A DNA stretch of 60,167 nt, counting the filler, from Platydemus manokwari (taxonomy: Eukaryota): assembly GCA_037951405.1 (NCBI GenBank). It is 5 parts of 5 records of this genome, joined end to end, with 100 filler letters (N's around TTAATTAATTAA, not from the genome) between each part and the next. Parts side by side here need not be neighbours in the genome. Positions count along the whole stretch, not along the records: positions 1 to 14,342 come from JBBMOY011480307.1; positions 14,443 to 26,696 come from JBBMOY010224450.1; 3 more parts are not named here. The stretch is one strand, 5' to 3'. This document shows, piece by piece, positions 12,625 through 26,210 of the stretch. Made by a program: the position numbers and the translations under genes. A model generated the notes under the pieces. That model saw only the letters and a list, made by a program, of their open reading frames with translations. It did not search any database and was not told the DNA's origin. Each line of letters opens with the position of its first letter. Within the stretch, counting starts at the first letter, position 1.

Positions 12625-14126
12625 TCTTGATTAACATAAATCGAAAATTAAGCACAATTGCGCCGGTCTTTGATATTTTTGTGAGATTAAATTTGAAGAA
12701 AGATAAGATTTTATAAATCAAAATTATCTCGACAAATCTGTTTTCTTATTTTTTATCGACAGAAAATCATTTTCATTTCGATATTTCTCATTGATCATCT
12801 CTACGTTTGGATATTGATTTTGAGATGAAAATGTGATAAATCGCGTATGGAAAAAATAGATTTTTATCTAAAAGAATATAACAGTCGGTTAACACCAATA
12901 AGTCGGATTAAATTGAATTAGTGTTGCTCTAACTTTCGATCAGGGAAATCATGTTCGTCGAAATTAATGTCGAGAACTAATTGCGTCTCGTAACTACTTT
13001 TTCTGTGAATCCATCTCAAATAGAGATTTGAGAGTTGTCATTTGATTGTTGGTTTTGTTTATTGATTGAAAATGGATATTTTCCATCTAGATCAGGTGTA
13101 AAGTCGATATTTTATTCACTGATGTGATTTTGATGAAAATATATGATTTTTGAGTTATTAATTTATCGTGACAACTATGTTTGGATCGATTAGATATTAT
13201 CTTTTTGGCATTCTGTTGTTTATGTGGTGATATTTTGTGTGTGATTGCAGCTAGCTTCAAGCTATTTAGAAATATTTGATTTTCCATTTAGCTATTAAAA
13301 ATTATATATCTATGAATTCAAACAACCCAGAGTACATTTTCGGACCAAATATATGCAGCTTTTTAATTAGTTTTTGCTTAGATCTCATTGAAATAAATTT
13401 AAAAAGACAAACCGATAAATATGATTCGATAAATTGCACAGTTCTAAATTAAAGGTGATCTTACACCAACAATGAATTCTATCGATTAACACATGAAGTA
13501 TCTAAGTATCGAAATTGTATATTTTCGACGTATCCTGTATTACCTCATTGGACCAGTAAAATGGTTGTATTGAGTTAGATAAATCCTCTCGAAGCAACAG
13601 AATGTTTTATCGATCTTGTGAATTCTTAACAAAAAACCAGATATGGCAAAAATATCAGATAAGAAAATATATTTCACTATCGATTGTGAATGATCTAGAA
13701 ATAAGAAAATGTCAAAAATAGTTTTTATCAGATTTTTATGATCGATTTTTTATAATTAATAAAATTTTTTGAATTCTCAGATCTTTGAGGATAATAGAAT
13801 ATTAAAATAAAATCCCGATTACAGTATTCGCAATAGCAGATTTAAAATTCATCACGATCCGAATCACTCAGAAATGATATCACAATCTATCTCAATATTT
13901 CATAACATTTAATATATTATTAGAAAGCTGCGTCGATGTTGATCCCACCAACCTTGCATCTATTATCATTGTTAAATAAATTTGTGCTTATCTTGTTGTT
14001 GAAAACTTATCAATAATTTGATACTATCTTCATTGATTTCTTTCTCTCTACATTGGCACCATCAGACTCACACCTCATGTACTTCGGAAACAATTTGGCA
14101 ATGATAAAATTTTCACAATTACATTT

Positions 14127-14342
14127 TATTATTATTATATATTATAATATATTATTATTATTATTATTGTTATTATTATTTTTATTATATTATTATATAT
14201 TATTTTTTATTATAATAATAATTATTATATATTAATAATAATAATAATTATTATTATAAATTATTATTATAAATTATTATTATAAATAATAATTATTATT
14301 AGTTATAATTAATATTTAAAATAATATTAATTAAAAATAATA
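14127..14342. repeat. Degenerate (ATT)/(AAT) low-complexity repeat at the contig end
   Basis: Almost pure A/T triplet repeats running into the linker. Confidence 0.9.
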
Positions 14343-14442
14343 NNNNNNNNNNNNNNNNNNNNNNNNNNNNNNNNNNNNNNNNNNNNTTAATTAATTAANN
14401 NNNNNNNNNNNNNNNNNNNNNNNNNNNNNNNNNNNNNNNNNN
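14343..14442. other. Artificial contig linker N44-TTAATTAATTAA-N44
   Basis: Exactly 100 nt. The palindromic 12-mer gives stop codons in all six frames. Confidence 0.97.
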
Positions 14443-14494
14443 TAGATTGTTTGGAGGTAAATTTGTATAATTGTGATTAATAGATTATTTATAA

Positions 14495-15420
14495 TTGTTT
14501 GCCATTTTTATATTCAACAATATAAACTACACCCCGCATGCAGAAGAAGTGTACTTCCATCACACCGGTATATATTATTATACCAGATCTAGAGAAAGTA
14601 ATCTTCCCGAGACCACGCTCTCAAAATCGCAAAATGAGATGAGCAGATATCGAAGGGGAGAATCCTCCGCCATACCAGTCACTTTAATCCTGGAATCCGG
14701 TCATGAAGATATTCCAATAAAAGAAAAATTTAACCATCTACATCCAGACCTCACCTCATTCGAAAGAATCTGTGTATGTCCGAGATTTGGGGCAACAAAA
14801 TTGTAGAAACTATGCGAATAACAGGTAATAAAGGCAAGGACAAAACTGTCTGTGCTGCTACCAATTTCACCTATGACTGACTTCGAAATAAACACAATGA
14901 TCAGTCCCATGGCACTAAATACGCCATTTGAGTAACCGGAGCTAAATAACCTAAATGAAAAAGAAATCCTGGAAGCATGGGACGAGCAAACATTCAAGTG
15001 ATACATTATTTCATTTCTAGACAAGAAAAACTTAACCGTATCCCTGAATCAATCCTCTAATTTAAAGATATCCTACACATGTGTAAAAAATCATTTGATA
15101 TTTTGTAAATTTACCGCACCATAGAATATGGATGGCAGAACCATATCATATTTCCCAGAGACGACAAACTAATTTCGAAGAAACTGAAGCCGAAATCGGA
15201 GAGGATACATCTTTATCCCACGAACCATACAAAATATGCATAACAATCACAGTCAGACGATGAATTCATGTCAATTAATTAGTAATTCATATTATTGGGG
15301 TATTAACGAATATCAAACTCTGACTCCTCAAAGGTATATTAATCAATATACAAAACGCACTGACAAACATCGACAAATCAATATACAAAACACGCTGATA
15401 AAATCTCGGCAATTGATATG
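14495..15420 (+). mobile_element. Decayed Ty3/gypsy-like pol fragment
   Basis: IPVTLILESGHEDIPIKEKFNHLHPDL resembles the gypsy pre-RT segment (H.I.L..G..PI....Y.L.P). Many stops follow. Confidence 0.35.
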
Positions 15421-15608
15421 AGCTCAATAACTTCACCAAATCTGGTTTCCAACTGGCTGTTGTCTATCTTTACATTGCTTTTTATACTTGCGATCTGTGT
15501 GCATCTTTCTGTGTCATGATGTGCTATAATTTGATTAAGTGTTTACCTTTCTGTGTTCTTATTGGGTATTTAGGTTTTTAAATTAATGGGATTGGTCAAT
15601 CACTTATG

Positions 15609-17330
15609 TTATGTGTAGTTATGCTCTTTTTTCGATTGAAATTTGCTAGCTAGCTTCGCTGTAATTGGCCGATTGGTAAGCCAGTATGGTCGTGCAAGCA
15701 GGCAAATGTTCAAAGTGCCAATACAAGGGTTCCAAGGTGTAATTTCGTTTTTCTTTTTGCAGAATTTCATCTCACTCAACAATACGTTGGAATTACTGTG
15801 AGAAAATTCGATCATAAAAGAACCTGGTACGAAGTGAAGGAACGCCACAAAAACAAAAAGACGCCGAACCGATCAATTATTTTACACAAGTAAAATTATT
15901 TTATAAACTTTATGAAAATCACCATTATTAACATTCGTATCTTGGGCGTAGTCCAAATGCTCTTTAATTTATTTTTATACTTAAATAAAATAATATTAAA
16001 TTATCCTTATAGTTACCGAACTATTAGGTCCCAATTATTTATAATAAATCAATGACCTTGCTGCTCTCCACTCAAGGATCACATAAACTTTTAAGAAAAC
16101 AATAGCGGATGATTAATTAACCTAATTAATAAAAGAACTCCTGGTTATTATTTGTATAATATTTAATAAGCAATATCTGTTAATTACCGTCTTTTTGATT
16201 TATTGGTAACTTATCATATCCGTAAATATTAAAAATTTTATTTTCCGTCTTACTTGAATTACTTTCTGCTTTAGTTTAGCAGTCTTCTTTAAACTTGTTT
16301 AATGAAATAATTTGCCACGAATCATTATATGCTGTTTCTTCAAAGTCATAAAATGTTTTTGCTTCTACATCCACTGGCACACCTTGTTCAAATTTTTCCA
16401 TTGACTGATCGTTTATTTGATTATAATAAATATCAGCTTGGATTTCACTTAATTAATTAAATATTTATCGTTTACCAAATTTTATTTACAATAAGTAAGT
16501 GTAATCAGCGCTTCACTGTTTAATTTCTCTAAATATCGCCCTATAATTCTTTTAGCTTTTGTACACCAACAATGTTCCTGAAAGCTTTTAATTTTGAAAA
16601 TTGAAATTTATAATACGATTTCAAACGGGGCAGGATCTCGCCCTTTCATTCTCCAAATTTGTCCAGCCAAAGTAAAGACATTTCTGAAAATAAAATTAAT
16701 CGGTATACATTTTACAATATACGGCACCAACAAAGTTACTAAATTCCAATTTTTAAACATCGTCATATCGAAATAAAATGTCGTCAGGGGTTCTCTTACC
16801 CCAAAATATTTATTTTCAATTTTTGCCACAATATCAATTTCTGGCACGATACCATAACTCATTACAAAATCATCATCATTTAACAACTTAACTAAATATG
16901 AAAGCGGAACATTTCTTTTCGGTAATCTGTAGTCGAATATCAATAACTTTTGAAAGTAGGTCCAGTCTCGTTTTAACTGATTTTCCTTGAAAATCTACAA
17001 CTCGAATATCAAAAATTTTACTATTACTTTTTCCTTTAACCGAATTCAACATATTTATCTAAATTTTGTCTAAAGTTTGTTTAAATTCTAAATTAGTAGT
17101 ATTACTTCTCGAAACCTGAGATGATACTGCCATACAAAATTCGCTTTCCACATTTTTAAAATTCGAAATTTTAATACTGTTATTCATAATGCTCAAAAAT
17201 TGTGCTGTGATTTCATCGAAACTAGTCATACAATTGTCCAATTTATTTTCCAATATTATACTTCTTCCCATTCTTTAAATAGTTTAACTTTTTTTTCAAC
17301 AAATCCTTTTTAATATTTCATTTACATGTA
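15609..17330 (-). pseudogene. Cluster of closely packed, co-oriented ORF remnants of unknown origin (possibly viral)
   Basis: The stop of the 17271-17059 ORF is followed within about 6 nt by ATG (MLNSVKGKSN..., frameshifting into 16943-16608). A further frame (..SEIQADIYYNQINDQSMEKFEQGVPVDVEAKTFYDF..) lies near 16450-16290. No intron signals seen. Confidence 0.4.
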
Positions 17331-17339
17331 TCATAAGAT

Positions 17340-18760
17340 TTTGAGGTTTGTATATTCCGAGTCTGTCTGTTCAACGATTCACTTTATCTCCCATTACTGA
17401 TAATTCTGTTTCCCATTTATCTTTATCTTCTTGGAATGTTGTATTGACTCTGTCTTCAAAAATAACTTCTTTTTGAGAATCGGCTGTTGTGATTTGTTCG
17501 ATTTGAGAGCAAATGCTCTCGTCAAAAGTCCGCAATTGCCACATGAGTAACATTGTACTTGGCTCCTAATGTTTACAGTATCTCAGGGTGGAAATTTTGA
17601 GATTGTTCTTGCTCTGCAGTTTTATGCAATATGACCTCTCCTACGGTATTCAAAGCAGGTTCGAGATACCCTGTGCGGCGATTTGTTTCGCTTGTAGTTG
17701 AATGAGAACTTAATTTTTTGAGATTATCGAAGACTGTTTAGCAATTATTTGCATAATAACCGGTATGTTGGCAATTGAAGTAAGTAACTGACTCTTGCTT
17801 TTTTGATAAGATTTTGACAAGAGATAGTCGAGAATATGCGATTGTCCTGGTGGATCCTTTGTACGGAGATTTTGGGGTATCGGTTGTTAGAGTAGAAACT
17901 GCAGGAGGTATCTCAATTTTGCGCATATCTAGATTTTCGGTTTCTACTAGAAAATTTGTGAGTTGCTTGTACATAGAAGTGCATTTTATTACGACTCATC
18001 ACTTTTTATTGAGTTCATCGAAGTAGGCGTAATCGGCTAAACTAATTGTCGAATTAATGGGGCTGTGAAAAATTGATTTTCGAAGACTTCCTATTTGTGC
18101 TGGCTAATCTACCTTAAGACCAAAAGCTTTTTTGCTAGAGAAATGCGAATACTTAGACCATTTCGTTGGTTTTTGGAGTTATTGAGAAGGATTTTTATCA
18201 AATAATTCTACCTACGTCTCGATGATGAGTTTTCCAGAAAGAGCATCTTTGATAGGCACCCACTCTACAATATTTCGACGGTCAATTTAGTTAGATGCCT
18301 TCCTCGCTTCTCCTTTCAGATAGAGTTGCAGTCGTTTTATCATTGTTCGTTCTGCCCATTCATTTACGGCAGCGTACCTGAAGTAATTGGTCATGAAATC
18401 GACAGGATCACCACAGTATTGCTCAATTTCTTGTAGCTCGCATAATCTACAGGGGCACCTTGTCCGTAGATTTGAATAGGAATTTAATGTATTGGGTTGG
18501 CAGAAATTTGATTCGGGATTTTTTTATTGTCGTTCATATTGGAATATGTTGCTTTTTGTTCAGAAGTCGGACTCACCAAATATTTTTGGGTTATCAATCA
18601 CCAATTTAGATCTGGAAATACTATTAACCAAAATATTACAATCAAAGTTTCAATAACAACAGTAAATATTTTCACAATACACAGAATGAAAACTAATCAA
18701 AAATACTGATTTCTAAAAATCACACAAACATTAGCTTAACACTTAAGTTATCAACCAAAA
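17340..18760 (-). mobile_element. Ty3/gypsy LTR retrotransposon remnant: LTR end, PBS, gag capsid and degenerate zinc knuckle
   Basis: PBS-like TGGTGAGTCCGAC (18578-18566). Gag-like FMTNYFRYAAVNEWAERTMIKRLQLYLKGEARK. Knuckle-like YFNCQHTGYYANNC (about 17780-17741). Confidence 0.8.
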
Positions 18761-21449
18761 AGACTGGTAGATATTCATGGAAATCAATCTCTTTCATAGA
18801 CCCCATAATCTTCATTTTCCATTTGCTGAGTGTGTTTGTGGATCAATCTACTTGAACTTTTCCTCGCATCTCTTGTGTCATTGGCGGATATTTTAGCTTG
18901 CCTGTCGATTCTTAGCTTCTAAACACGAATAAATATTATAACAAATTTGATTGGTGAATGACATGTGTGTTTATTAACTTAAGGATACCTCAAACCATAA
19001 AAGATATATTTTGCTTTGTGGTTTTGTGGTTGAATATTTATCTCACGTAATAATTATTATGTCCCCATTGTTCACTGTTATCTTTGTGTTTCTAACTCGT
19101 TATATGGAAACCAAACATTATAAAAATAAACATGCGACAAAAACGTTAAGCTGAATGAATATGATGTTATACAATAAGCATCTATATTGATGTGTTGTTC
19201 ATGAAATATCAAAACAATATAATTATAATTCCTTTAGTATAAATTTCTAAATCAATTCGTTATCTGTTCAATATAATGCCTTAAGTTGATCAAGTTTCAC
19301 TTTTGCTTACAGTCGATTTCAAATTAGTTTTTTTCTTTTTTTATAATTCCTAATTTTTTAAGTCAGTTATGAGTCATGATACATGAATGACTTCTCATTA
19401 GTTTTAAGAATGAAATAGTACATGAAATCGCATATCTATTTGCCTGTGGAAGTTAATGCGATCTAATCAATAATTACTCAATAATCCAACAGCTTGACAT
19501 TTATTTCATGAATGTAGCTGAAGACTCTTAATTGCATTTTTAAGAAATTCATTCTTCAAATAAAATTTCAATTAAAAGTTCCATTAATATAAAATTTCTG
19601 CCTTACATGTGCCGAGTATGTAAAAATCAAATTTAAAAAATAATTTAAAAAATTCTATGTAAATATACTTAGAAATATTCTAAAAGAAAATCAGTAATAT
19701 TTTACTTAAATCAAAAAATAAAAATTAATAAAATATTATAGAACGATTTGTTTAAATGAATCAACGCAATAATGTGTGTAGAAATATTATGAAAGAGCTA
19801 ATTTTTGACAATAATGGCTAGTATTTTTGATCGGTAAGCTTTATTATGTTCTTTGACTTTTGTGTGGTTTTTCTGACAACCACTCTTTTTGGTTTTCTTC
19901 TGTTCTGTATTTGACTTTTGGTTGCTGATCCCGTCTTGAGTGATAATTGACTATTGAGTGGTGATACGATTTTGATTGTATCTATTGACAAATCGAACTT
20001 GTGATTCTGTGGTTTAAGTTGTAATTTTCAGGTTTTATTGTTAGTTAATATTCAATACGTGAATAAAAATACATTTTTTACACCTTATTTCATAAACCAA
20101 TGTATGTAAAATATGCAATATTATAAGTTAAGTCGAAATCATTAAATCAACATAGTGTAGTCAATTGTTAAATCTAAAAATAATAGCTTAGTCGATATAT
20201 GTCGTTTATTACTTGGTTAGTTCTAAACTATCAGATTAAATTTTAAGTTAATTAATCCCATGCAGTTTGGTTGAATTGTATTGGAATTTACCTTTTATCA
20301 ATATTTAACTATGGGTTTTGATTTGAAATTTATCTTTGTATTGCTCTCAGGAATTGTGGTAGACTTTAGTGTTTGCTTATCGGAATATTTTTCTCTGGAA
20401 ATTTAGAATAAATTGTTTATTTATCGAGTTACATTAATATGCACAAAATATTGGGGTAGATATAAGTTACCGGATCCTTAACATATAGATCACAAAATTC
20501 CAGAAACTTTTGACAACATGTTTGATTATATCTACTATTTATTAATCTTTAAACAATAAATATTACTTTTCCTTATAAATGAGATTGATTTGCTTCTAGA
20601 AAAGTGTATTCACTTCATATTTATTGGATACAAAAATATAATTAAGGCATCAGTAAAGTCAATTACCAATATGGTAATATTGCTGAATAGATTTTTTTAA
20701 ATAACATTCCCGATAATATTAACAATATTTTTGACATAAATATATACCACTCTGATTCTTTAAGATATTTTCAACTTATCTCCTATTAAAAAAATGAATA
20801 ATGAATCTCTATTCTCGTTAAATAAATATCAGTTGCTAACCAACTTTGATAGATATGCAAAATATTGATGATTTTGAGGGTCTATGGTTTTCTTTTATTT
20901 TAATTTCGAAGTTCGAATTTTTATTCGCTTTGGCATTATTTGAGTCCAATCAGTTCTCTGAGTTCTTATGACCCACAGTTAATCAATAAACCTAACATTT
21001 TTGATTTTCCTTCGCTTCGATCACCCCAATCCACATATGAAGGCTGAATGACCGGTTCTAGACATTGCTATAATTATTTATGTTATTTTTTAACCTTTAA
21101 CTACTTCAACTATGTCCTGCAAAAAGTTGATGAGATGATTTTTGATGATGATAATATTTATAAAAATGATTTGTGGAACCTAATGGCACTTGCCGATTTA
21201 ACATCAAAACCAATTTTCCTAAAATAAATCTATAAATTACTACATGTATATAATTAATAAAAATTAGATTTTACAAATACTTCTGCACACAGAAACGTAG
21301 GATATTTCATATACAATTCCAGAAGCGCCTGCCGGTTAATAAAGATCCCAAGAGAAGTAAAATCAGGTATTATGGAGGGGATAAACCCTATTTATAGGAA
21401 GAAAATGCGGCTGTTTATAAATTGTAGATGATTTTATTTATTTATTTTT

Positions 21450-24290
21450 GTTTGAATTATGTGCCCACGCCAAGACCTGAAAAAATATCAAGCAAGTCAA
21501 GATCGCTACTCACCTGTTATATAACGCGAATTACTTAACCAACCTGGCGTTCGACAACAATGACTAACAAAGTAACTACTTTTTAGTTAATTAACGACTA
21601 TTTTTCTAGAGCTAGTCAACACGGAGAATAACATGGAAGCACTCTGGACGACGAAAATGGAACGGTTGATTATGACCTCTGGACTAAGTCTCACTTTGGA
21701 GAGGAGTTTCGGCAAATCCGGAATTACCTCTACCATTTAATACAGAAAATGTTGCAACTGGAAAGCAACTTTCAGACCAACTCGGATGGATTACTAGATC
21801 AATATGATCAGGATGGATTAAATCAACTTGGATTCTATACCGAGAAATTCTCTCACGAACCCCGAGCTAACGGAGAGTCGGCAAAACCCAACTATGGTTT
21901 TGACCAATCCCATTTAGCAAAAATTATAAAACACAAGAAATTATCTATGCGTCCCTTCTCGATAAACAGCACCAAAAAAGTTACTGGACGAAAAAATTTC
22001 CCTCTGGCAATGAAATAACGGAACAAAATAACGATATGCAAACACGATTACGTCATAAAGTCCCGGTAGAACGAGCTTTTATTGAAGACCCCAAAAATGT
22101 GTCCAAATATTACAAAAAAAACAGAATTTCAATGGAAATCAAGCTAGACCATTCAAATCTTCGTATTTTAACAACAATCACCCAAGCAATACCTACTACT
22201 GGCATCCAAAAATACATCATCTGCTCAAAATTGAAAAAATCAACAAACAAAAAATCTAAAGTCAAAATCTACTCAAACAAGCTTTACCAACAAATGGACG
22301 CCAATGGACACCCAGCATAAAAACTAACTTCAGAAATAAAAACACAGCGGAAGAACCCATCAACAAACCAAACGATATCTCACTCGACCCGTCAAAATCA
22401 ACAACGAAGCCAGGCTGTAAAGTGATCAACTACAAACAAAGTGGAGGTAACCTCTCAACGTTCTCCAAACTTAACAACTTTACCTGTCAGTGCGAAACAT
22501 GCCAAAAACCTGAGAATTATTACAAAAACCAATTCTCACCCGAGCAGATTACCCCCAAAGGCAAAAACTGTTCTAAAAAACGAAGGGCCCACAAGAAACA
22601 CAAGAAGATAATACTCAATGTTGGATAACCTTAACTGTAAATGCAACCATTGTCTCATCAATTACAAGAAAACATTACAGAATCTAAAATATTTCAAGAA
22701 ACAAAATACCGAAAAAACTTGCACAGGAACAAAAATCAAAGCCCCGAAAATCGAACAAAGAATTGCTTTCAATGGCCTGTAATACATCAAATGTAGGCGT
22801 GAAGATTGTACTAACTCTTTCAAAACTGATATATGCCCAATAATAACCGCGGTTACAATCAGCAAACTAACAACAAATGAACTCCTATATGAAAACTCAA
22901 CTCCGAGAGAACCAACAGGAGAAATATACAAAATTAAATTCCAACCAGCAATAGAAGATCTTACACTTCAACTTATGCACATCTTCGCCCTACTGGTATG
23001 CTCCTGAAAACACTGCAAATGAACTAACTTTGTAAAATATTTTTACATTCAACCAAACACTGTGCAGTCAACCACTGTAGCCAATCAGGAATGTGAAAAA
23101 GTAAACCTAGAAACCGTCAGAATTCTCCAACACGCAACAGAAGATCTCGGACAAATAATAATGGATAATGATACCGACGATATCATTCTATCACAATCTT
23201 CAGAAGGATCGATGACATGCCCTTATACTCTATCAGACTGTGACGATCACCAATCACCATAAATTGAAACTTCGCCAAAGATACAAACCACAACAAACAG
23301 CGCTCAAAGCAAAATCGAATTAAACCAACGCTTATTGAAACTATATGGAGAGACTACACATACTGATCCTTAAATGACTCTGGTAGACGATAAAAGGCAA
23401 AATGAAATGTATGCCTCGAATCATACCCATTTCCATTTGGCAACACTGTTATTGTGTCAAAATACTTCAACCAAGCGCACAAACAATAATCTTCAATAGG
23501 AATTCGTAGCACAATGCTACTGTGGCTATGATTATGAATCTTTTTACAAGTCATTTCTTTCCCACAAACTAGCAACTTGGAGATAACTTCAATTGGAACC
23601 TTTACATCGCGGATCACAACAAACAAAATGCATTCTTTATCGATCCGGCAAGGAAGCACCTCTGTTCTGCTCAGAAATCGATGTGGATAAAGCTGGACTC
23701 CATCCTCTGTAATCTAATCACCATTAAACAGCCCATCAATTTGACACAATCAACTCTACAAGATCTACGAATATAACTGAGCTCACCAGACTGCGGACTA
23801 TTTGTTATTCAGCACATACTGGACTAGTCGCTCTAACGGACTCTTCTTACCGGATTTTCACCATCATACTCAACCTTCGCTTACTCAAATGAATCGATGC
23901 CGGCAACCTACTACCTACTAAACGCATCGGATGATTGTGACGAGCACAACGCCTACCTGTTCTTGCTACAGGAATACATGGCCCAGGACAACAAGGACAT
24001 GCATATTTGCTGGATTGATTTCAAAGAAGCCTTTCCAGGCCTGCTTCACGACGTCATATGATTTACCCTCAACAAGATGGGATATAATACTCACTACACC
24101 AAGATGATTCAAACAATTTATGAGGACTACAAAACAACTTACGATTGTGAAATAGTGAAAACACCAATTCCAATTTACCGAGGGGTTAAACAAGGTTGTC
24201 CCTTCTCAATGACTTTTCTGTTTATCTATAGATTTTCTATTGCGATCGTCTGCCAGCCTACCGAAAATACTGACAGTCTACGATAACCAA
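21450..24290 (+). mobile_element. Decayed non-LTR retrotransposon, R2/NeSL (RLE-type) group; RT truncated
   Basis: RT motifs LTDSSYRIFTIILN.RL, CDEHNAYL, ICWIDFKEAF and IPIYRGVKQGCPFS (23830-24215). Long Cys-containing N-terminal remnants at 21600-23700. The 5' boundary is approximate. Confidence 0.8.
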
Positions 24291-24295
24291 TTCTC

Positions 24296-25034
24296 TATGA
24301 TAACAAATGTTTTCTGTATTCTATATTTGCACATTTATATCCAATCGAAAGAGCAAGACGTGCAAATAGAGCAAGTCACTATAAATGACATTTTGATGAA
24401 TTAAATCTTGAAGGAATAACATTTCCCATACCTTTAAATGAAATTAAAAAATTTGAGAGGAACAATAATTTCAAAATAAATGTTTATGGAATTAAAGGAA
24501 ATGGAAATGAGAGAAAGAATTATAAATTATTTGCAATTTATATTTCAAAGAAAGAAGAATACCTTCAAGATATTAAACTTTTACACTTCGAAAATAATGG
24601 AGTAACTCATTATGTTCTCATTATAAATTTCAACCGACTAATGAATGAAGAACTAAATTATAATTTGCGACCAAATAAAAGATTGAATATTTGTTATAAA
24701 TGTTGTTCCCCCTTTGTAAAGGAAACCAGTTTTGAAAACCATCTAAGAATATGTGGTATAAATGGAAAGGATATCTCAAGAGTGGTTATGCCGAGTAAAA
24801 AAATAATGAACGAAGTTCTGCCTATGGCAATATCTTAAAAATTAATAATTATAACCATCAAATGCTAGTTCCTTTTATAATTGTTGCTGATATACAATGT
24901 GTTAATATACAAACTAATAAATCAAAAGATAAAGCAACAAAGGTTTTAACGAATCAAATACCTTCTTGTATAAACTTAAAATTAATGTCAAGATATCCAG
25001 ATTTCATAGAAAACGAGAATAAATTATTTCAGTG
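24296..25034 (+). pseudogene. Polinton protein-primed DNA polymerase B, N-terminal part to the start of the exonuclease domain
   Basis: DNKCFLYSIFAHLYP...ELNLEGITFPIPLNEIKKFERNN.FKINVYG...HYVLIINFNRL...ICYKC...FENHLRIC...QMLVPFIIVADIQC (ExoI, YADFE-like). One in-frame stop and a frameshift. Confidence 0.9.
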
Positions 25035-25117
25035 AAAAAAAAGACTTCGTCCAATGGGTAATGGATAATATAATGGATAAATGGATATATAATGGATAAA
25101 ATAAATTTCATGAAAAA

Positions 25118-25544
25118 CTAAAATCACAATTTTATTTCTTTTTCACTTATTTGTTTATTATCACTTACCATTGTAATTATCGATTTACATAAAGAATCAA
25201 GTTTATTAATACTCCGTTTTTTATCTTTCAATAAGTCAGATCTTGCACTTGATATATAAGTTGAAATTCTCAAGTTTCTATTAGTTTCCCCAATTTCTTT
25301 CTCAAAATTCTTTTTAATTTCATTGATACGTTTTCCAAGATATTTCTTATTTACAGCATCTGTTTAATGTTTTGGATCACCCAAGTTTGTTATTCTATAA
25401 TTGTTTAACTCTAAATTACCCTTCATACTATCACCCTCCTCATTAGTATATTTTCTATCGTAAATTAGTTCTTTAGCACTAATCATTTCTTGAACATCTC
25501 TCATTATTTATTAAACTATTATCAAACTTGTGAACCATAGACAT
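25118..25544 (-). pseudogene. Polinton accessory fibre-like protein fragment
   Basis: GDSMKGNLELNNYRITNLGDPK.*TDAVNKKY matches the tail-fibre-type repeat common in Polinton/adintovirus ORFs. Begins MSMVHKFD with a frameshift. Confidence 0.7.
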
Positions 25545-25580
25545 TTTTAAATTGGGAATTTAAATGGATGGAATAATTAA

Positions 25581-25681
25581 AACTAGTTTAAAATAGGAAT
25601 GGAATTCCGCGTCCCATACATGTTTGAAAAAGAACTTTATTCTTCATCTCAAACTAGTTTAAAGTAGGAATAGAATTCCGC
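25581..25681. repeat. 30-bp direct repeat (25581-25610 and 25652-25681)
   Basis: AACTAGTTTAAA(A/G)TAGGAAT(G/A)GAATTCCGC; 28 of 30 positions identical. Confidence 0.85.
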
Positions 25682-26124
25682 ATATGATAAATAATATAAT
25701 CAAATTTTAATCCATTATCTAAACAATATAAAACATGCATACATAATTCCCCTCTGTTTGTATTTGAATTTTATTATAAACAAAGTCTTCATCTTTTAAA
25801 AAAGTATAAACTTCTCTTGTCGGTAAAATTCATTAGGGATAAAAAAATTTTTTATGAGGTTTACTTATTGAAACCCAATGCGAATTCTTTTCATTTTTGG
25901 TTTCTTTAATTCATTATTATTTATCGGCCGCATGTTGAATTTAATTCATGTCTCATAATAATTTCAAATCCAAATTTAAAAACATTAGAAATATCCATTA
26001 AATCAAAATTAGTAGTTTTATTGATTTCATACTTAGCTAGAAAATTTATTAAATAGGACTTTGTCCGGCGAATGAAGTTGAACGAAGTTCCTTCGATAAA
26101 ATAATCCCTTCTTCCAGCATTCAT
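25670..26124 (-). pseudogene. Polinton adenain-type cysteine protease
   Basis: TTNFDL...NSHWVSI...LPTREV...VYNKIQIQT...GELCMHVL. The catalytic His (HW) and Gln region are recognisable across frameshifts and stops. Confidence 0.8.
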
Positions 26125-26210
26125 TTTAAAAAATTAATAATAAAAATTAAGGTAACCTTCTTCAGACTTGTTTAAGATGTGGTATGGAAAGAGCTTCGTT
26201 CAAATTCCAC

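Noticed and set aside
14387-14398. TTAATTAATTAA repeated four times as a possible natural repeat or array
   Set aside because: Always centred in 44+44 N; it is a synthetic linker.
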